Shown here in pieces: positions 33,894-42,588 of a DNA stretch of 64,000 nt (position 1 is the stretch's first letter; the number at the start of each line of letters is the position of its first letter). The stretch lies in the IMG/VR virus record IMGVR_UViG_3300048905_000128; one strand, 5' to 3'. The notes under the pieces were generated by a model. The model did not search any database, was not told where the DNA came from, and saw nothing but the letters and a program-made list of their open reading frames with translations. The position numbers were made by a program, and so were the translations under genes. The DNA comes from a virus.

Positions 33894-34411
33894 CGCAGGA
33901 CCCCCGCGACCTGTCCGCGATGACGTCCCCGCCACCCGCCCGGGCGGCCGGGCTCGCACTCCCGCCGAGGCGGCAGACAGCGGCGCCCGCCCCCGAACGG
34001 GAACCGGTGGGGGAGGAGCCCGAGAAGCGGGCCCGCCCGCCGAAACGCAAGCCCGCCGAGAAACCCGCAGGGCGCACGAAGCTGCAGTACACCGCCTACT
34101 TCCCGCTCCCCGTCGTCGAAGCCATCGAGCGCGACCTCGCAGGCCGGTCATGGTCGGAGTGGTTCCTCGACGCCTTCCGCGCCCACCACCACGAGCTCGA
34201 CGACCGCTTCGACAAGGGGGTGCCGGGGGACGACTCCGGGCTCCCCGCCCGCCCTCGCGGCGCACGGAAGGCCGTCGACAGGCCCACACCCAAGCAGCTC
34301 CGTCTGACGGCCGAGGAGATCGCCGTCCTCGAGTCCAAGCGGGAGAAGGTCGGCAGCCCCAACCGGTCCGAGTTTCTCACTGTGCTCGCGGAGCTCCACC
34401 TGGCGAGGTGA
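33890..34411 (+). CDS. partition partner, tandem ribbon-helix-helix (ParG-like) protein
   Basis: ATGA overlap with the parA stop. Basic Pro-rich N-terminus. Two RHH-like units: YTAYFPLPVVEAIERDLAGRSWSEWFLDAF and LRLTAEEIAVLESKREKVGSPNRSEFLTVLAELHL. Confidence 0.6.
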   Translation: MTQDPRDLSAMTSPPPARAAGLALPPRRQTAAPAPEREPVGEEPEKRARPPKRKPAEKPAGRTKLQYTAYFPLPVVEAIERDLAGRSWSEWFLDAFRAHHHELDDRFDKGVPGDDSGLPARPRGARKAVDRPTPKQLRLTAEEIAVLESKREKVGSPNRSEFLTVLAELHLAR

Positions 34412-34509
34412 CGCCCGTCCTCGTCGTCTACCGGTAACGACGATTCCACGTCACAACGATGTTGGTTGTGGGAGCACCACCCGACCCCTACCCCCGAGAG
34501 AGGCCCCTC

Positions 34510-35133
34510 GTGTCCCAGCACACCCACCGCCCCGACCCTGCGACACCCGCCCCGGCCCAGCCTCGCGGCCAGAACTGGGTTCCGCCACAGCCGCAGCCGG
34601 TCCCGGCGCAGGCCCAGCACGCCTACACGGCGCCGACCCGCGTCCAGCACCCGACGAACACCCCCGTCGAGCTGCCCGCGCCCGCGAAGAAGTCGGCCCG
34701 CCGCTTCGTCCTGCCGCTCGTCACGTTCGTGCTCGGCCTGCTGATCGGGCTCGTCGCCCACGGCGGAGGATCCAGCACCCCCACCTCGTCGGCGGCGTCC
34801 CCGACCACGCAGGCCGCAGCCCCGGCAGCCGCAGCCCCGGCAGCCCCGGCAGCCGCGGCCCCGGCGGCGGCGCCCGCCCAGCCGGCCGGGCCGCAGACCT
34901 CGTTCTCGGATGGCACCTACACCGTGCCGGACGAGATCGCGCCCGGCACGTACAGCGCCGACGGATCGAAGGGCACCCTCGGGTCCTGCTACTGGGCGCG
35001 GGAGAAGGACACGAGCGGCGACATGGGGGCGATCATCGCCAACGGGAACGCCGCCGGCCCCGTCACCGTGACGATCAAGGCCAGCGACAAGGCGTTCGAG
35101 ACGTCGGGCGGCTGCACCTGGACGAAGAAGTAG
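34510..35133 (+). CDS. membrane-anchored secreted-domain protein (207 aa), moron candidate
   Basis: CCCCTACCCCCGAGAGAGG lies before GTG 34510. It has a transmembrane helix (FVLPLVTFVLGLLIGLV), an Ala/Pro linker and a C-terminal domain with two Cys (GTYTVPDEIAPGTYSADG...CYWAR...GGCTW). Confidence 0.65.
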   Translation: MSQHTHRPDPATPAPAQPRGQNWVPPQPQPVPAQAQHAYTAPTRVQHPTNTPVELPAPAKKSARRFVLPLVTFVLGLLIGLVAHGGGSSTPTSSAASPTTQAAAPAAAAPAAPAAAAPAAAPAQPAGPQTSFSDGTYTVPDEIAPGTYSADGSKGTLGSCYWAREKDTSGDMGAIIANGNAAGPVTVTIKASDKAFETSGGCTWTKK

Positions 35134-35147
35134 CCCCGGACACGACG

Positions 35148-35191
35148 AAACGGCCCCGGCCACCCGCGAAAGCAGGTGGCCGGGGCCGTTT
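35148..35191. terminator. bidirectional terminator
   Basis: AAACGGCCCCGGCCACC, a 10-nt loop, GGTGGCCGGGGCCGTTT: a 17-bp perfect stem flanked by A and T runs. Confidence 0.75.
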
Positions 35192-35204
35192 CATGTTCGG
35201 ATGG

Positions 35205-36125
35205 TCAGCGCGACAGCGCGATCACCGAGGCGTTCACCTCGGCCGTCGGGTCGCATCGGCCCTCGACGGTGACCGCGACACAGCCGTCGAGCACCACGAC
35301 GCCGTGGATCAGGTTCCGCGGCGACCCGGGGATGTTCACCTCGCCGTTCGGGAGTACGACGCCGTGCTCGTCGAGCTGGCAGACCCGGAAGTCGGCGGTA
35401 CCGCCGTCGGGGCCGTACGCCATCCCGAACTTCACCCAGCAGGCGCGCAGGGCCGCGGACTGGGGTCCGGCCTCGGCGGCGGTGATGAGCCGCCGGAACG
35501 TGCCGTCGGGGCGGACGGTGATCGAAACGTCGGACACGGGGTCCTCCTCGGACGGGGCCGCCGCGGCGGCCGGGGAGCTGGTGGGGGAGCCGGTGACGGC
35601 GGCCATGAACTCGGGCCACGGGAACCCCGGCCCGGGGTCGGTGTGGGTGGACTGGTGCCACGTCTCGGAGACGTCGACGTGCCCGCAGATCCCGTGCCCG
35701 CCCTCGTGGAGCTCCGGGACGCCGATCCGGACGGCCGGGATCGCGAACCGGGCACACAGCTCGGCAGTGCGCCCGGCGGCCCGGACGACGGCGGGCCACA
35801 CGGCGGGGGAGAGCCACTGCTCCCGCGTGTAGGTGGCCTCCCCGCACACCTCGATGCCGATGCTGTGCTGGTTGGGCGGCGCATGCCAGGCGATGTGCGC
35901 GTCGGGGACGCAGTGCTGCTCCCCGGCGACGTCGACGACGTAGTGGGCGGACCCACGCGCCTCAGCCGTGTCGAAGTAGTGGGCCGTCGAGGCGGCCTGT
36001 CCTGCAGCGGACGCCTCCGGATAGCCCAGATCCGGGCAGGTCGCGTGGATGACGACCCGGGTCGGCATCAGGTTGCCCGGCCCGTCGTCGTGGACGGCCT
36101 GCAGAGTGACCGGCGGTTCCGCCAC
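35205..36125 (-). CDS. endolysin, N-acetylmuramoyl-L-alanine amidase (Amidase_2/PGRP-like) plus C-terminal domain
   Basis: GTG 36125 after GGGGA. Motifs VVIHATC, HYVVD, IAWHAPPNQHSIGIEVCG and HVDVS...HTDPG. Confidence 0.85.
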   Translation of the reverse strand: MAEPPVTLQAVHDDGPGNLMPTRVVIHATCPDLGYPEASAAGQAASTAHYFDTAEARGSAHYVVDVAGEQHCVPDAHIAWHAPPNQHSIGIEVCGEATYTREQWLSPAVWPAVVRAAGRTAELCARFAIPAVRIGVPELHEGGHGICGHVDVSETWHQSTHTDPGPGFPWPEFMAAVTGSPTSSPAAAAAPSEEDPVSDVSITVRPDGTFRRLITAAEAGPQSAALRACWVKFGMAYGPDGGTADFRVCQLDEHGVVLPNGEVNIPGSPRNLIHGVVVLDGCVAVTVEGRCDPTAEVNASVIALSR

Positions 36126-36138
36126 GGCGTCCCCTCTC

Positions 36139-39100
36139 TCAGATGGTGGTGATCGGTGTCGCGGCCCGGTAGAGGCCGCGGGCGTACGGGCGTCCGGCCC
36201 GGGGGAGACCGGTCGCGTAGGGCTGGCCTGCGCGCAGAGCACCGACCGGGCCCGGGCCGACCCCGAACGGGGCCGCCGAATCCCGCGCGGCCGCCACATC
36301 GGTAGCGGTCCGTGTGACCGCGTGGATCCGGGTGGCCGTGTCGAGGGCTGCGGCCTGGTCGACGACCGCCCGACCCCGCTGCGACGGGGCCCTCACCGCG
36401 ACATCGGTTGCGGCCGCGACATCCGCGGCGGTAAAGGCCCTCGTCGAGGTGGGCCCCGCCTGGTCGGCTGCGGGGGCCGCATCGGAGGCGGTGCGGGACA
36501 CCACCAGGTGACGGAGCACCGTGTCCGCTGCCGTCGCGGCATCGGCGATCAGCCGCGACAGCGACACCGCGGCCGTGGTGACATCGGAGGCCGGTGCGAC
36601 ATCCGATGCAAACCGGGGGAGCCCCGCCGGTACGAACACGCTGTCGAATGCCGGGGCCGAATCCTGGGCGGTCCGCGACCGTGACAGCGGGCTGCGGGTG
36701 GCGGCCGGTGTCGCCGAGGCCGAGTCGGTGACGTCGCGGCTGGTCGAGAGGTTCGCCCGGGTGGCGACGTCGACCGCTACGGCGACGTCCTGCGCCGTGT
36801 GTTGGAGCTGCACGGCCCGGCCCGCGACGTCGAGCGCCGGGGCCGAATCGGCGCTGCCCCGGGTGGGGGACAGCGCAGCCCGGGACGCCACGTCGACTGC
36901 AGCTGCGACATCCACGGCGGTGCGGCCGACACCGTCCGGGGCTCGGGTCGCCCCGTCGAGCGCCGCCGCGGTGTCGGCGACGGTCCGCCCGATCGAGGCG
37001 GCCGCCGTCGCCGCATCGACCGCGGCGGCCTGGTCGTCGGCGGTCCGGGCCCCGAGCTCGGGGGGGCGCCCGGCCTGATCCGTTGCCGCCGCGGTGTCGG
37101 CGGCCTGCCGGTCGACGGTGACCTGCCCGGCCGCGGTGTCGACGGCCGGGGCGTGGTCGACGACGAACTGGCCGCCCGCCGCTGACGTCCCCGCCGTGTC
37201 CACGGCGGGCGCCGAGTCGGCGGCCGACCGGGATCTCGTCGTTGCTGCTCGTCCCGCCGAGTCCACGGCCGGGGCGGAGTCGCCTGCCTGGCGGGATGCC
37301 ACCGTGCTCCGGGCCGCGCTGTCTGTCGCTGGCGCGGTGTCGGTGACGGTGCGGGACAGCCGGACAGCCGGTGTAGCACCGTCGACCGCAGGGGCGGTGT
37401 CCGTGGTGCTCCGTAGCGGCGACATCGTGGCCCGTGCCGCGACGTCGACGGCCGCCGCGACATCGGATGCTGTCGTAGCGCCGCCGAGCTGGTCGGCCGC
37501 CGAGTCCACGGCCGGGGCGGAGTCTGTCGCAGTGCGGGACCATGTCGCGCCACCCCGGTTTGCGACATCGGTCGCAGCCGCGGTGTCACCGGCCGTGCGG
37601 GCGGCCGAGAACGGGGCCCGGCCCGCCGAGTCGGTCGCGGCGGCGGTGTCCGTTGCGACCCGGGCGGGGGTCAGAGCAGACCGGGTGGCCGAGTCGGTCG
37701 CGGCCGCGGTGTCCCCGCCGGTTCGGGAGAAGATCGAGCCTGCACGGGCGGCGGTATCCGTCGCCGGCGCGAGGTCACCACCGGTGCGGCTGACCGCCAG
37801 TGCCGTCCGGCTGGCTGTGTCGGTAGCCGCGGCGGTGTCGGCGGCCGTCCTAGACCACGTGTCCGCCGAGCGTGTGGCGCTGTCGGTCGCCGCAGCGGTG
37901 TCGGCCCCGGTCCGGGTGACGAGCAGGGCCGCCCGGGTGGCCGTGTCGGCGGCTGGGGCCGTGTCGGTCGCGGTCCGGGCCCGGGTGATCGTCGAGCGGG
38001 TCGCGGTGTCCGCCGCCGGGGCCGAGTCGGTCGCGCCGATCGTGCTGGCCTGGGCGCCCCGCACCACCGCGTCGCCGGCCGGGGCCGAGTCCGATGCGGT
38101 GCGGATGGACGAGGTGGCCGCCCGTGAGGCCGCATCGGTGGCGGCCGCCGAGTCGACGGGGGAGCGGCCCGCCGTGGTCGTGCGGGCTACGGAGTCCGTC
38201 GCGGCCGCCGTGTCGGCGCCCGACCGGGACTTGAGTACCGCTCCGTGGGTAGCGGAGTCGCTGGCCGGGGCCGAGTCCGACGCGGTCGCCAAATGCGACC
38301 CCGACGTGCCGAGCAGCGCGTTCGTGACGAGGCCGCCGATGATGGCGTGTCCGGCGTCGGTCGGGTGATAGTCCGACGTCCAGTCGGTGGTTCCGGGGCC
38401 GCCGGTGCCGGACATCCACGTCTCGGCGTCGATGACCAGCAGGTTTCCGTCGGTTGCCGCGTAGCTCCTGATGGCGGCGGCGTACGCCGCCCACGTCGGG
38501 CTGGCCGTCGCGGCGGTCGGGGACACGTTGTGCGCGATGAACAGGGCGATCGACGGCACCTTCGTGAGGGCGCGCGCCCATCCGACCAGGGTGGTCAGGT
38601 AGCCGATGTACGCGGCCGTCGTGGTGTTCGCCGACCAGTCGTTGAGCCCCAGCTCGATGAGCACGAGGTCGGGGCTGAGGGCATCCCACGTGGCCGGGAG
38701 CGTGTTCGACCCGACCGCGTCGAAGCCGCTCGCATACTGCTGGGCGGTGATGCCGACGCGGGCCCCGTCGTAGAGCGTGATCCCGCTGGTGGCGTCGCCG
38801 TCGAAGACGACGAGGCCGCCGACGTACGCGTTCTGCGCTGCGTTCGTGGCGACCTGCACGGTGTGGGACCCGGAGGCGCCGAGGGTGATGGTCGTCGGCG
38901 TCCAGGTGGGCGCACCGCCGTTGTCGGCGGTCACGGTGACCGGGGAGCCGCCGTCGACGGAGTAGGTGAACTGGGAGGCGCCGCTGTAGGCGCCGTACCA
39001 GAGCTGCGCCGAGGTGCCGGTGACCGTCCACGTGAGGGTGGCGGTGGTGCCCAGTAGTCGAGTGTTGAAGCCGAACGGTCCGGACCAGAAGTCCGTATTG

Positions 39101-39564
39101 CTGCTGCCAGTTTCGGCGATCCCGGTTGTGCCCCAAGGGGAATCGGGGCCATACACCTGGTACTTCGCCGGGATGGCGCCGACGCCGCCCGCGGCCAGGC
39201 CCAGCCGTGCCCGGATCGCCGCGACCGTGAGGCTCGCCCACCGGTTGGCCCGGACGGACGCCCCCTGCCCTTCCCCGACGGAGTCGCCGATGACAAGCAG
39301 CCGGGCCCGACCCGTCCCTACCTGGGCCGCCGAGAGCGCCGTGTTCCATGCGGTCAGCGGTCCACTGGCGGGCACAGCCCGGTCGCCCGCTGTGTCCGTC
39401 GCCCCGGCCGTGTCCGCGGCCGACCGGGCACGGGTCGCCACACTGCGGGTCGCGGTGTCGGTGGCCGGGGCCGAATCCGAGGCGGACAGATTCGCCTGGA
39501 CCTGCGAGGCCACCACGGGCGCGGCCCGCAGGCGGCGGGGGATGCTGCGGCCGAGGATCGCCAC
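36139..39564 (-). CDS. 1141-aa minor tail-like protein: SGNH/GDSL hydrolase domain plus about 32 tandem 21-aa repeats
   Basis: GDS block LLVIGDSVGEGQG, GLNDW block and DYHPTDAGH (DxxH) block. From about aa 427 to 1105 the protein is a run of units such as RTGADTAAATDSATRSADTWS. Confidence 0.8.
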   Translation of the reverse strand: MAILGRSIPRRLRAAPVVASQVQANLSASDSAPATDTATRSVATRARSAADTAGATDTAGDRAVPASGPLTAWNTALSAAQVGTGRARLLVIGDSVGEGQGASVRANRWASLTVAAIRARLGLAAGGVGAIPAKYQVYGPDSPWGTTGIAETGSSNTDFWSGPFGFNTRLLGTTATLTWTVTGTSAQLWYGAYSGASQFTYSVDGGSPVTVTADNGGAPTWTPTTITLGASGSHTVQVATNAAQNAYVGGLVVFDGDATSGITLYDGARVGITAQQYASGFDAVGSNTLPATWDALSPDLVLIELGLNDWSANTTTAAYIGYLTTLVGWARALTKVPSIALFIAHNVSPTAATASPTWAAYAAAIRSYAATDGNLLVIDAETWMSGTGGPGTTDWTSDYHPTDAGHAIIGGLVTNALLGTSGSHLATASDSAPASDSATHGAVLKSRSGADTAAATDSVARTTTAGRSPVDSAAATDAASRAATSSIRTASDSAPAGDAVVRGAQASTIGATDSAPAADTATRSTITRARTATDTAPAADTATRAALLVTRTGADTAAATDSATRSADTWSRTAADTAAATDTASRTALAVSRTGGDLAPATDTAARAGSIFSRTGGDTAAATDSATRSALTPARVATDTAAATDSAGRAPFSAARTAGDTAAATDVANRGGATWSRTATDSAPAVDSAADQLGGATTASDVAAAVDVAARATMSPLRSTTDTAPAVDGATPAVRLSRTVTDTAPATDSAARSTVASRQAGDSAPAVDSAGRAATTRSRSAADSAPAVDTAGTSAAGGQFVVDHAPAVDTAAGQVTVDRQAADTAAATDQAGRPPELGARTADDQAAAVDAATAAASIGRTVADTAAALDGATRAPDGVGRTAVDVAAAVDVASRAALSPTRGSADSAPALDVAGRAVQLQHTAQDVAVAVDVATRANLSTSRDVTDSASATPAATRSPLSRSRTAQDSAPAFDSVFVPAGLPRFASDVAPASDVTTAAVSLSRLIADAATAADTVLRHLVVSRTASDAAPAADQAGPTSTRAFTAADVAAATDVAVRAPSQRGRAVVDQAAALDTATRIHAVTRTATDVAAARDSAAPFGVGPGPVGALRAGQPYATGLPRAGRPYARGLYRAATPITTI
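36250..38286 (-). repeat. in-frame degenerate 63-bp (21-aa) tandem repeat array
   Basis: Consensus R-T-x-x-D-T/S-A-A/P-A-x-D-x-A-x-R-x5; two further units at the N-terminus (aa 27-62). Confidence 0.8.
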
Positions 39565-39593
39565 CGAATGACCCCCCTCCTACTGTCGGCGGG

Positions 39594-40091
39594 TCATTCG
39601 TCGTAGACGATGTAGCAGTTCGCGGATACCGCGGTGGCGGTCGTCATCCGGATGCGCAGCACCCGCGTGGGCGGGACCACGAACTCGCGTCCGAGGGACC
39701 ACTCGTAGTCGTACTGCGACACCCCGATCGGGGCGATCCACTCGTCGCCGGTGCGGGTCGCGGTGATCGAGCCCTCCGCGGTCGAGGTGTAGCCGGTCCC
39801 GGACGTCGACAGGGTCACCCCGGAGGCCGGGGTGGTCTCACCGGCGCTGTAGGGCTGCACACCGGCGGCGACGTGCGCGGTCACGGTCGCCGCGACGGTG
39901 CCGGTCTCGAGCAGCTCGCACGAGACGACGGCGGTCGGGGCGGACGAGAACCGCACGCCCCACCGCACGACCCGCATCGCGCGGGTCGAGTGGAGGACCT
40001 GCAGCATCGTCTTGATCGAGGTGCCGGTCGTGACCGGTGTGCGGGCCGCCGTCGTCGGCATCGCGCTGTTCCACACGACGAACTGAGTCAT
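39594..40091 (-). CDS. minor structural protein (165 aa), paralog of 50668..51129
   Basis: AGGAGA SD before ATG 40091. The C-terminus SLGREFVVPPTRVLRIRMTTATAVSANCYIVYDE parallels PLGREPRGVGGSGNRIGLRVTTATGSTPNARAYIEIEE. Confidence 0.65.
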   Translation of the reverse strand: MTQFVVWNSAMPTTAARTPVTTGTSIKTMLQVLHSTRAMRVVRWGVRFSSAPTAVVSCELLETGTVAATVTAHVAAGVQPYSAGETTPASGVTLSTSGTGYTSTAEGSITATRTGDEWIAPIGVSQYDYEWSLGREFVVPPTRVLRIRMTTATAVSANCYIVYDE

Positions 40092-40108
40092 GGTGTCTGT
40101 CTCTCCTG

Positions 40109-40786
40109 CTACCAGTTGGCCGCGCGGCGGCGAGGCGTGTAGAGCTGCCGGGCGGGGATGACCAGCTCCGGGACGCCGGGCGGATCGGCGTCGGTGGTGG
40201 TGGCGGTCGACCCGGCAGTGAGCGTGTTCCCGAGCCCCGAATCGTCGGCTGTCGACGCCGAGACGAACCGGTGGTAGCGCAGCAGCCCGGTGGGTGACAC
40301 GGGCCTGAACTGTGTGAACTCGGCTGTCATCTGGTCGTCGGTGAGCGCGACGTTCCAGAGCTTCACCCCGGCGAGGCGACCGGGCCACCATCCCGAGTAT
40401 TCGTCCGAGCCGAGAAACAGTCGGGTCGGGGTGATCGCGGATACCGACGTGGCGGTGTACTTGGTGAGCGCGCTACCGAGGCTTGCCGCGAAGAACGCCA
40501 CTGACGTCCCGGACACGACGAAGCCGAGCTGATACCAGGTGTTCAGCGCGAACGCGTACCCGCCTGGGGCGACGTTGTTGTCCGAGAAGAACAGCTGAGT
40601 GGATCCCGAGTTCGTGCACAGATACCAGGCGTTCTGCCCGGTCGCGGTCGGCGCGAGGTACAGGACGGAGCCGCCGGCCGGGTTCGCGGTGGCGTAGGCC
40701 CAGCACACCCCCGAGTAGGTGGACCCGCCGGGGGCGCCGTTGCCGGCCGTGTAGGCGTCCGTGGCGGCGGCGAAGCGGACGGACAC
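40109..40786 (-). CDS. LamG/concanavalin-like lectin domain protein (225 aa)
   Basis: NTWYQLGFVVSGTSVAFF...RLFLGSDEYSGWWPGRLAGVKLWNVALTDDQM is typical of the Laminin_G_3 fold. Confidence 0.7.
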   Translation of the reverse strand: MSVRFAAATDAYTAGNGAPGGSTYSGVCWAYATANPAGGSVLYLAPTATGQNAWYLCTNSGSTQLFFSDNNVAPGGYAFALNTWYQLGFVVSGTSVAFFAASLGSALTKYTATSVSAITPTRLFLGSDEYSGWWPGRLAGVKLWNVALTDDQMTAEFTQFRPVSPTGLLRYHRFVSASTADDSGLGNTLTAGSTATTTDADPPGVPELVIPARQLYTPRRRAANW

Positions 40787-40798
40787 CGGCGGCCCCCT

Positions 40799-41167
40799 CT
40801 ACTGGATCAGGCGGTCGACCGCGAGGAAGGGGCCCCGTCCGGGGATGCCGGGCTGACCGAGGGGGTTGGTGATCTGCAGCTCGAACATCGCCGAGGTCCA
40901 CGTCCACGCGGCGGTGATCTCGCCGAGGAGCTGGAGGACGACGCCGTCGTCTGTGCAGGTCAGGTTGTTGTTGGCGGCCGACCACTCGTAGTAGAGGGTC
41001 TGGTCGCCGCCTTCCTGGCAGACCTGGGCGATGGCGGACCATCCGGCCATGGAGATCACGGCGGCGGAGTCGTCGAGGATCGGGATGGTGATCGTGAACG
41101 TCTCACCCTTGTTGACCTTGAAGTTGAGTGGGGTCGTCCGAACGTCCAACCCGAGCGCGGCCGTCAC
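40799..41167 (-). CDS. hypothetical structural protein (122 aa)
   Basis: Track ORF with a GTGA overlap to the upstream gene. Confidence 0.6.
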   Translation of the reverse strand: MTAALGLDVRTTPLNFKVNKGETFTITIPILDDSAAVISMAGWSAIAQVCQEGGDQTLYYEWSAANNNLTCTDDGVVLQLLGEITAAWTWTSAMFELQITNPLGQPGIPGRGPFLAVDRLIQ

Positions 41168-41505
41168 CCCGTCTCGCAGCTGTAGACGCCCGCCGACCGG
41201 TAGGTCAGCGGACAGTCCTCCACCCGACCGCCGACGTGCACCCGCACCGACACTGGGGGGACGGTCACGGTCTGGACGACCGGCGGGGGCGGATCGGCCG
41301 TCACCGGCGCCGTGGGGGCCGCGGACGGGGTGATCCGGCCGAACAGGTGCACCCCATCCGACACCGCCGTCCCCTGCAGGGCAGGAGCGCCGAGCACGAA
41401 CACGACCACCGCCACGACCACACCCGCCGTCGCGGCCAGAGCCTCGACAGGGAACACGCGGCTGGGCGAGCTGGGGCGCCGGTGGGCGCCCACCTGATGG
41501 GCCAC
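41164..41505 (-). CDS. membrane-anchored protein (113 aa)
   Basis: GGAAAGGAGGGG SD. It has a transmembrane helix (AATAGVVVAVVVFVLGA), a Pro-rich linker and two C-terminal Cys. Confidence 0.6.
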   Translation of the reverse strand: MAHQVGAHRRPSSPSRVFPVEALAATAGVVVAVVVFVLGAPALQGTAVSDGVHLFGRITPSAAPTAPVTADPPPPVVQTVTVPPVSVRVHVGGRVEDCPLTYRSAGVYSCETG

Positions 41506-41531
41506 GAGGCCCCTCCTTTCCGACGATGGGT

Positions 41532-41569
41532 GTCGCCGGACCCGGCCCTCTCCCTCCGGGCCCGGCGAC
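41532..41569 (-). terminator. GC hairpin after the holin
   Basis: GTCGCCGGACCCGG pairs with CCGGGCCCGGCGAC, a 14-bp stem with one mismatch. Confidence 0.45.
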
Positions 41570-41572
41570 AGA

Positions 41573-41962
41573 TCAGGACCCGGTCGGGACGGCCGGGATC
41601 TCGGCGGTCGACTCGGCGTCCGCCGGGGACGTCACCGACGACACAGCCGGGGCGGTGGCGGCCTGCACCGCCGAGATGTGACCGCGCAGCAGGTCCTCGA
41701 GATCGTCGATCAGCCCCGGCACGGCGGCCCGGGCGTCGGCCTCGACATCGGCGATCAGCTTCGTGCGGTTCGACGACGCGGCGTTCACCCCGACGACCTT
41801 GAGCAGCGCCAGGAGCGCGGCAACCCCGCCCCCGGCGAGCGCGGCCCGCCAGTCGAAGGTCTGCAGCGTGACGGCGGTTCCGCCCGCGGCGATGGATCCG
41901 GCGAAGGCCTGGACGAAGGTCCAGCCGACGCGCTCGGCGAGATCGAAGAGGGTGGCGTTCAC
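41573..41962 (-). CDS. holin (phage r1t-like family)
   Basis: GTG 41962 in GTGA overlap. ERVGWTFVQAFAGSIAAGG...FDWRAALAGGGVAALLALLKVV resembles r1t-type holins. Confidence 0.7.
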   Translation of the reverse strand: MNATLFDLAERVGWTFVQAFAGSIAAGGTAVTLQTFDWRAALAGGGVAALLALLKVVGVNAASSNRTKLIADVEADARAAVPGLIDDLEDLLRGHISAVQAATAPAVSSVTSPADAESTAEIPAVPTGS

Positions 41963-42588
41963 GGGGCTGCTCCGTTCGTGCCCGCCGTCGGGGTCGGGCA
42001 TGCGTAGTTGGGTGCCTGGTCGGTGCCGGGGTCGTTGGGGTCGCGGGTACAGACCGAACTGGTGCCGTCCGCGTAGCGCTCGGTGATCCGGGCAGGCGGG
42101 GCGCCGTCAGCCCCGGGTTTCCCGTCGACACCGTTGGTGCCGTTCGTTCCGTTGGCGCCGTCCACCCCGGGTTTCCCGTCCACCCCGGGTTTCCCGTCAG
42201 CCCCGGGTTTCCCGTCGGCCCCGTTGGTGCCGTCGCGACCGACGCACTGGCTCGGCGTGGACAGGCACGGCGGGGACTGACCGTCGTGGCCGTTCTGCCC
42301 CGGCGGGCCTTGGGTCCCGTCCCTTCCGTTGACCGGGGCGGGGGTGACTACGGGGGTGTGTCCGAGCGAGCGCACCTGATCTGCGAGCTGCGATGCGGAG
42401 TCGCCGAGGGACACGACCTCGCCCTGCAGCGTGTCGATCTGGCGGTGCGAGCCGAGCCAGAGCGTGAACAGGGCGATCGCGGCCGTCACTATCAGCCCGA
42501 ACAGGATCAGCAGTAGTCGGATCGTGCGGGGTTCGCGCGCCTGGTCGGCGGCCGTCGCGGTGATCGCCGCCCGTAGATCATCAGTCAC
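41959..42588 (-). CDS. membrane-anchored collagen-like repeat protein (209 aa)
   Basis: GTG 42588. Transmembrane helix IRLLLILFGLIVTAAIALFTLWL, then Gly-X-Y runs of 5 and 15 triplets (GRDGTNGADGKPGADGKPGVDGKPGVDG...). Confidence 0.7.
   Translation of the reverse strand: MTDDLRAAITATAADQAREPRTIRLLLILFGLIVTAAIALFTLWLGSHRQIDTLQGEVVSLGDSASQLADQVRSLGHTPVVTPAPVNGRDGTQGPPGQNGHDGQSPPCLSTPSQCVGRDGTNGADGKPGADGKPGVDGKPGVDGANGTNGTNGVDGKPGADGAPPARITERYADGTSSVCTRDPNDPGTDQAPNYACPTPTAGTNGAAP

Noticed and set aside
36250-38286. The regular 63-bp periodicity could suggest a CRISPR array or satellite.
   Set aside because: The units are degenerate, contiguous with no unique spacers, in frame within a long ORF, and have no leader or cas genes.
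36314-38368. Plus-strand ORFs with Ala/Ser/Val repeats (65, 185 and 424 aa).
   Set aside because: They are mirror images of the in-frame 21-aa repeat array on the minus strand. The minus-strand frame carries the SGNH motifs and a proper SD and start.
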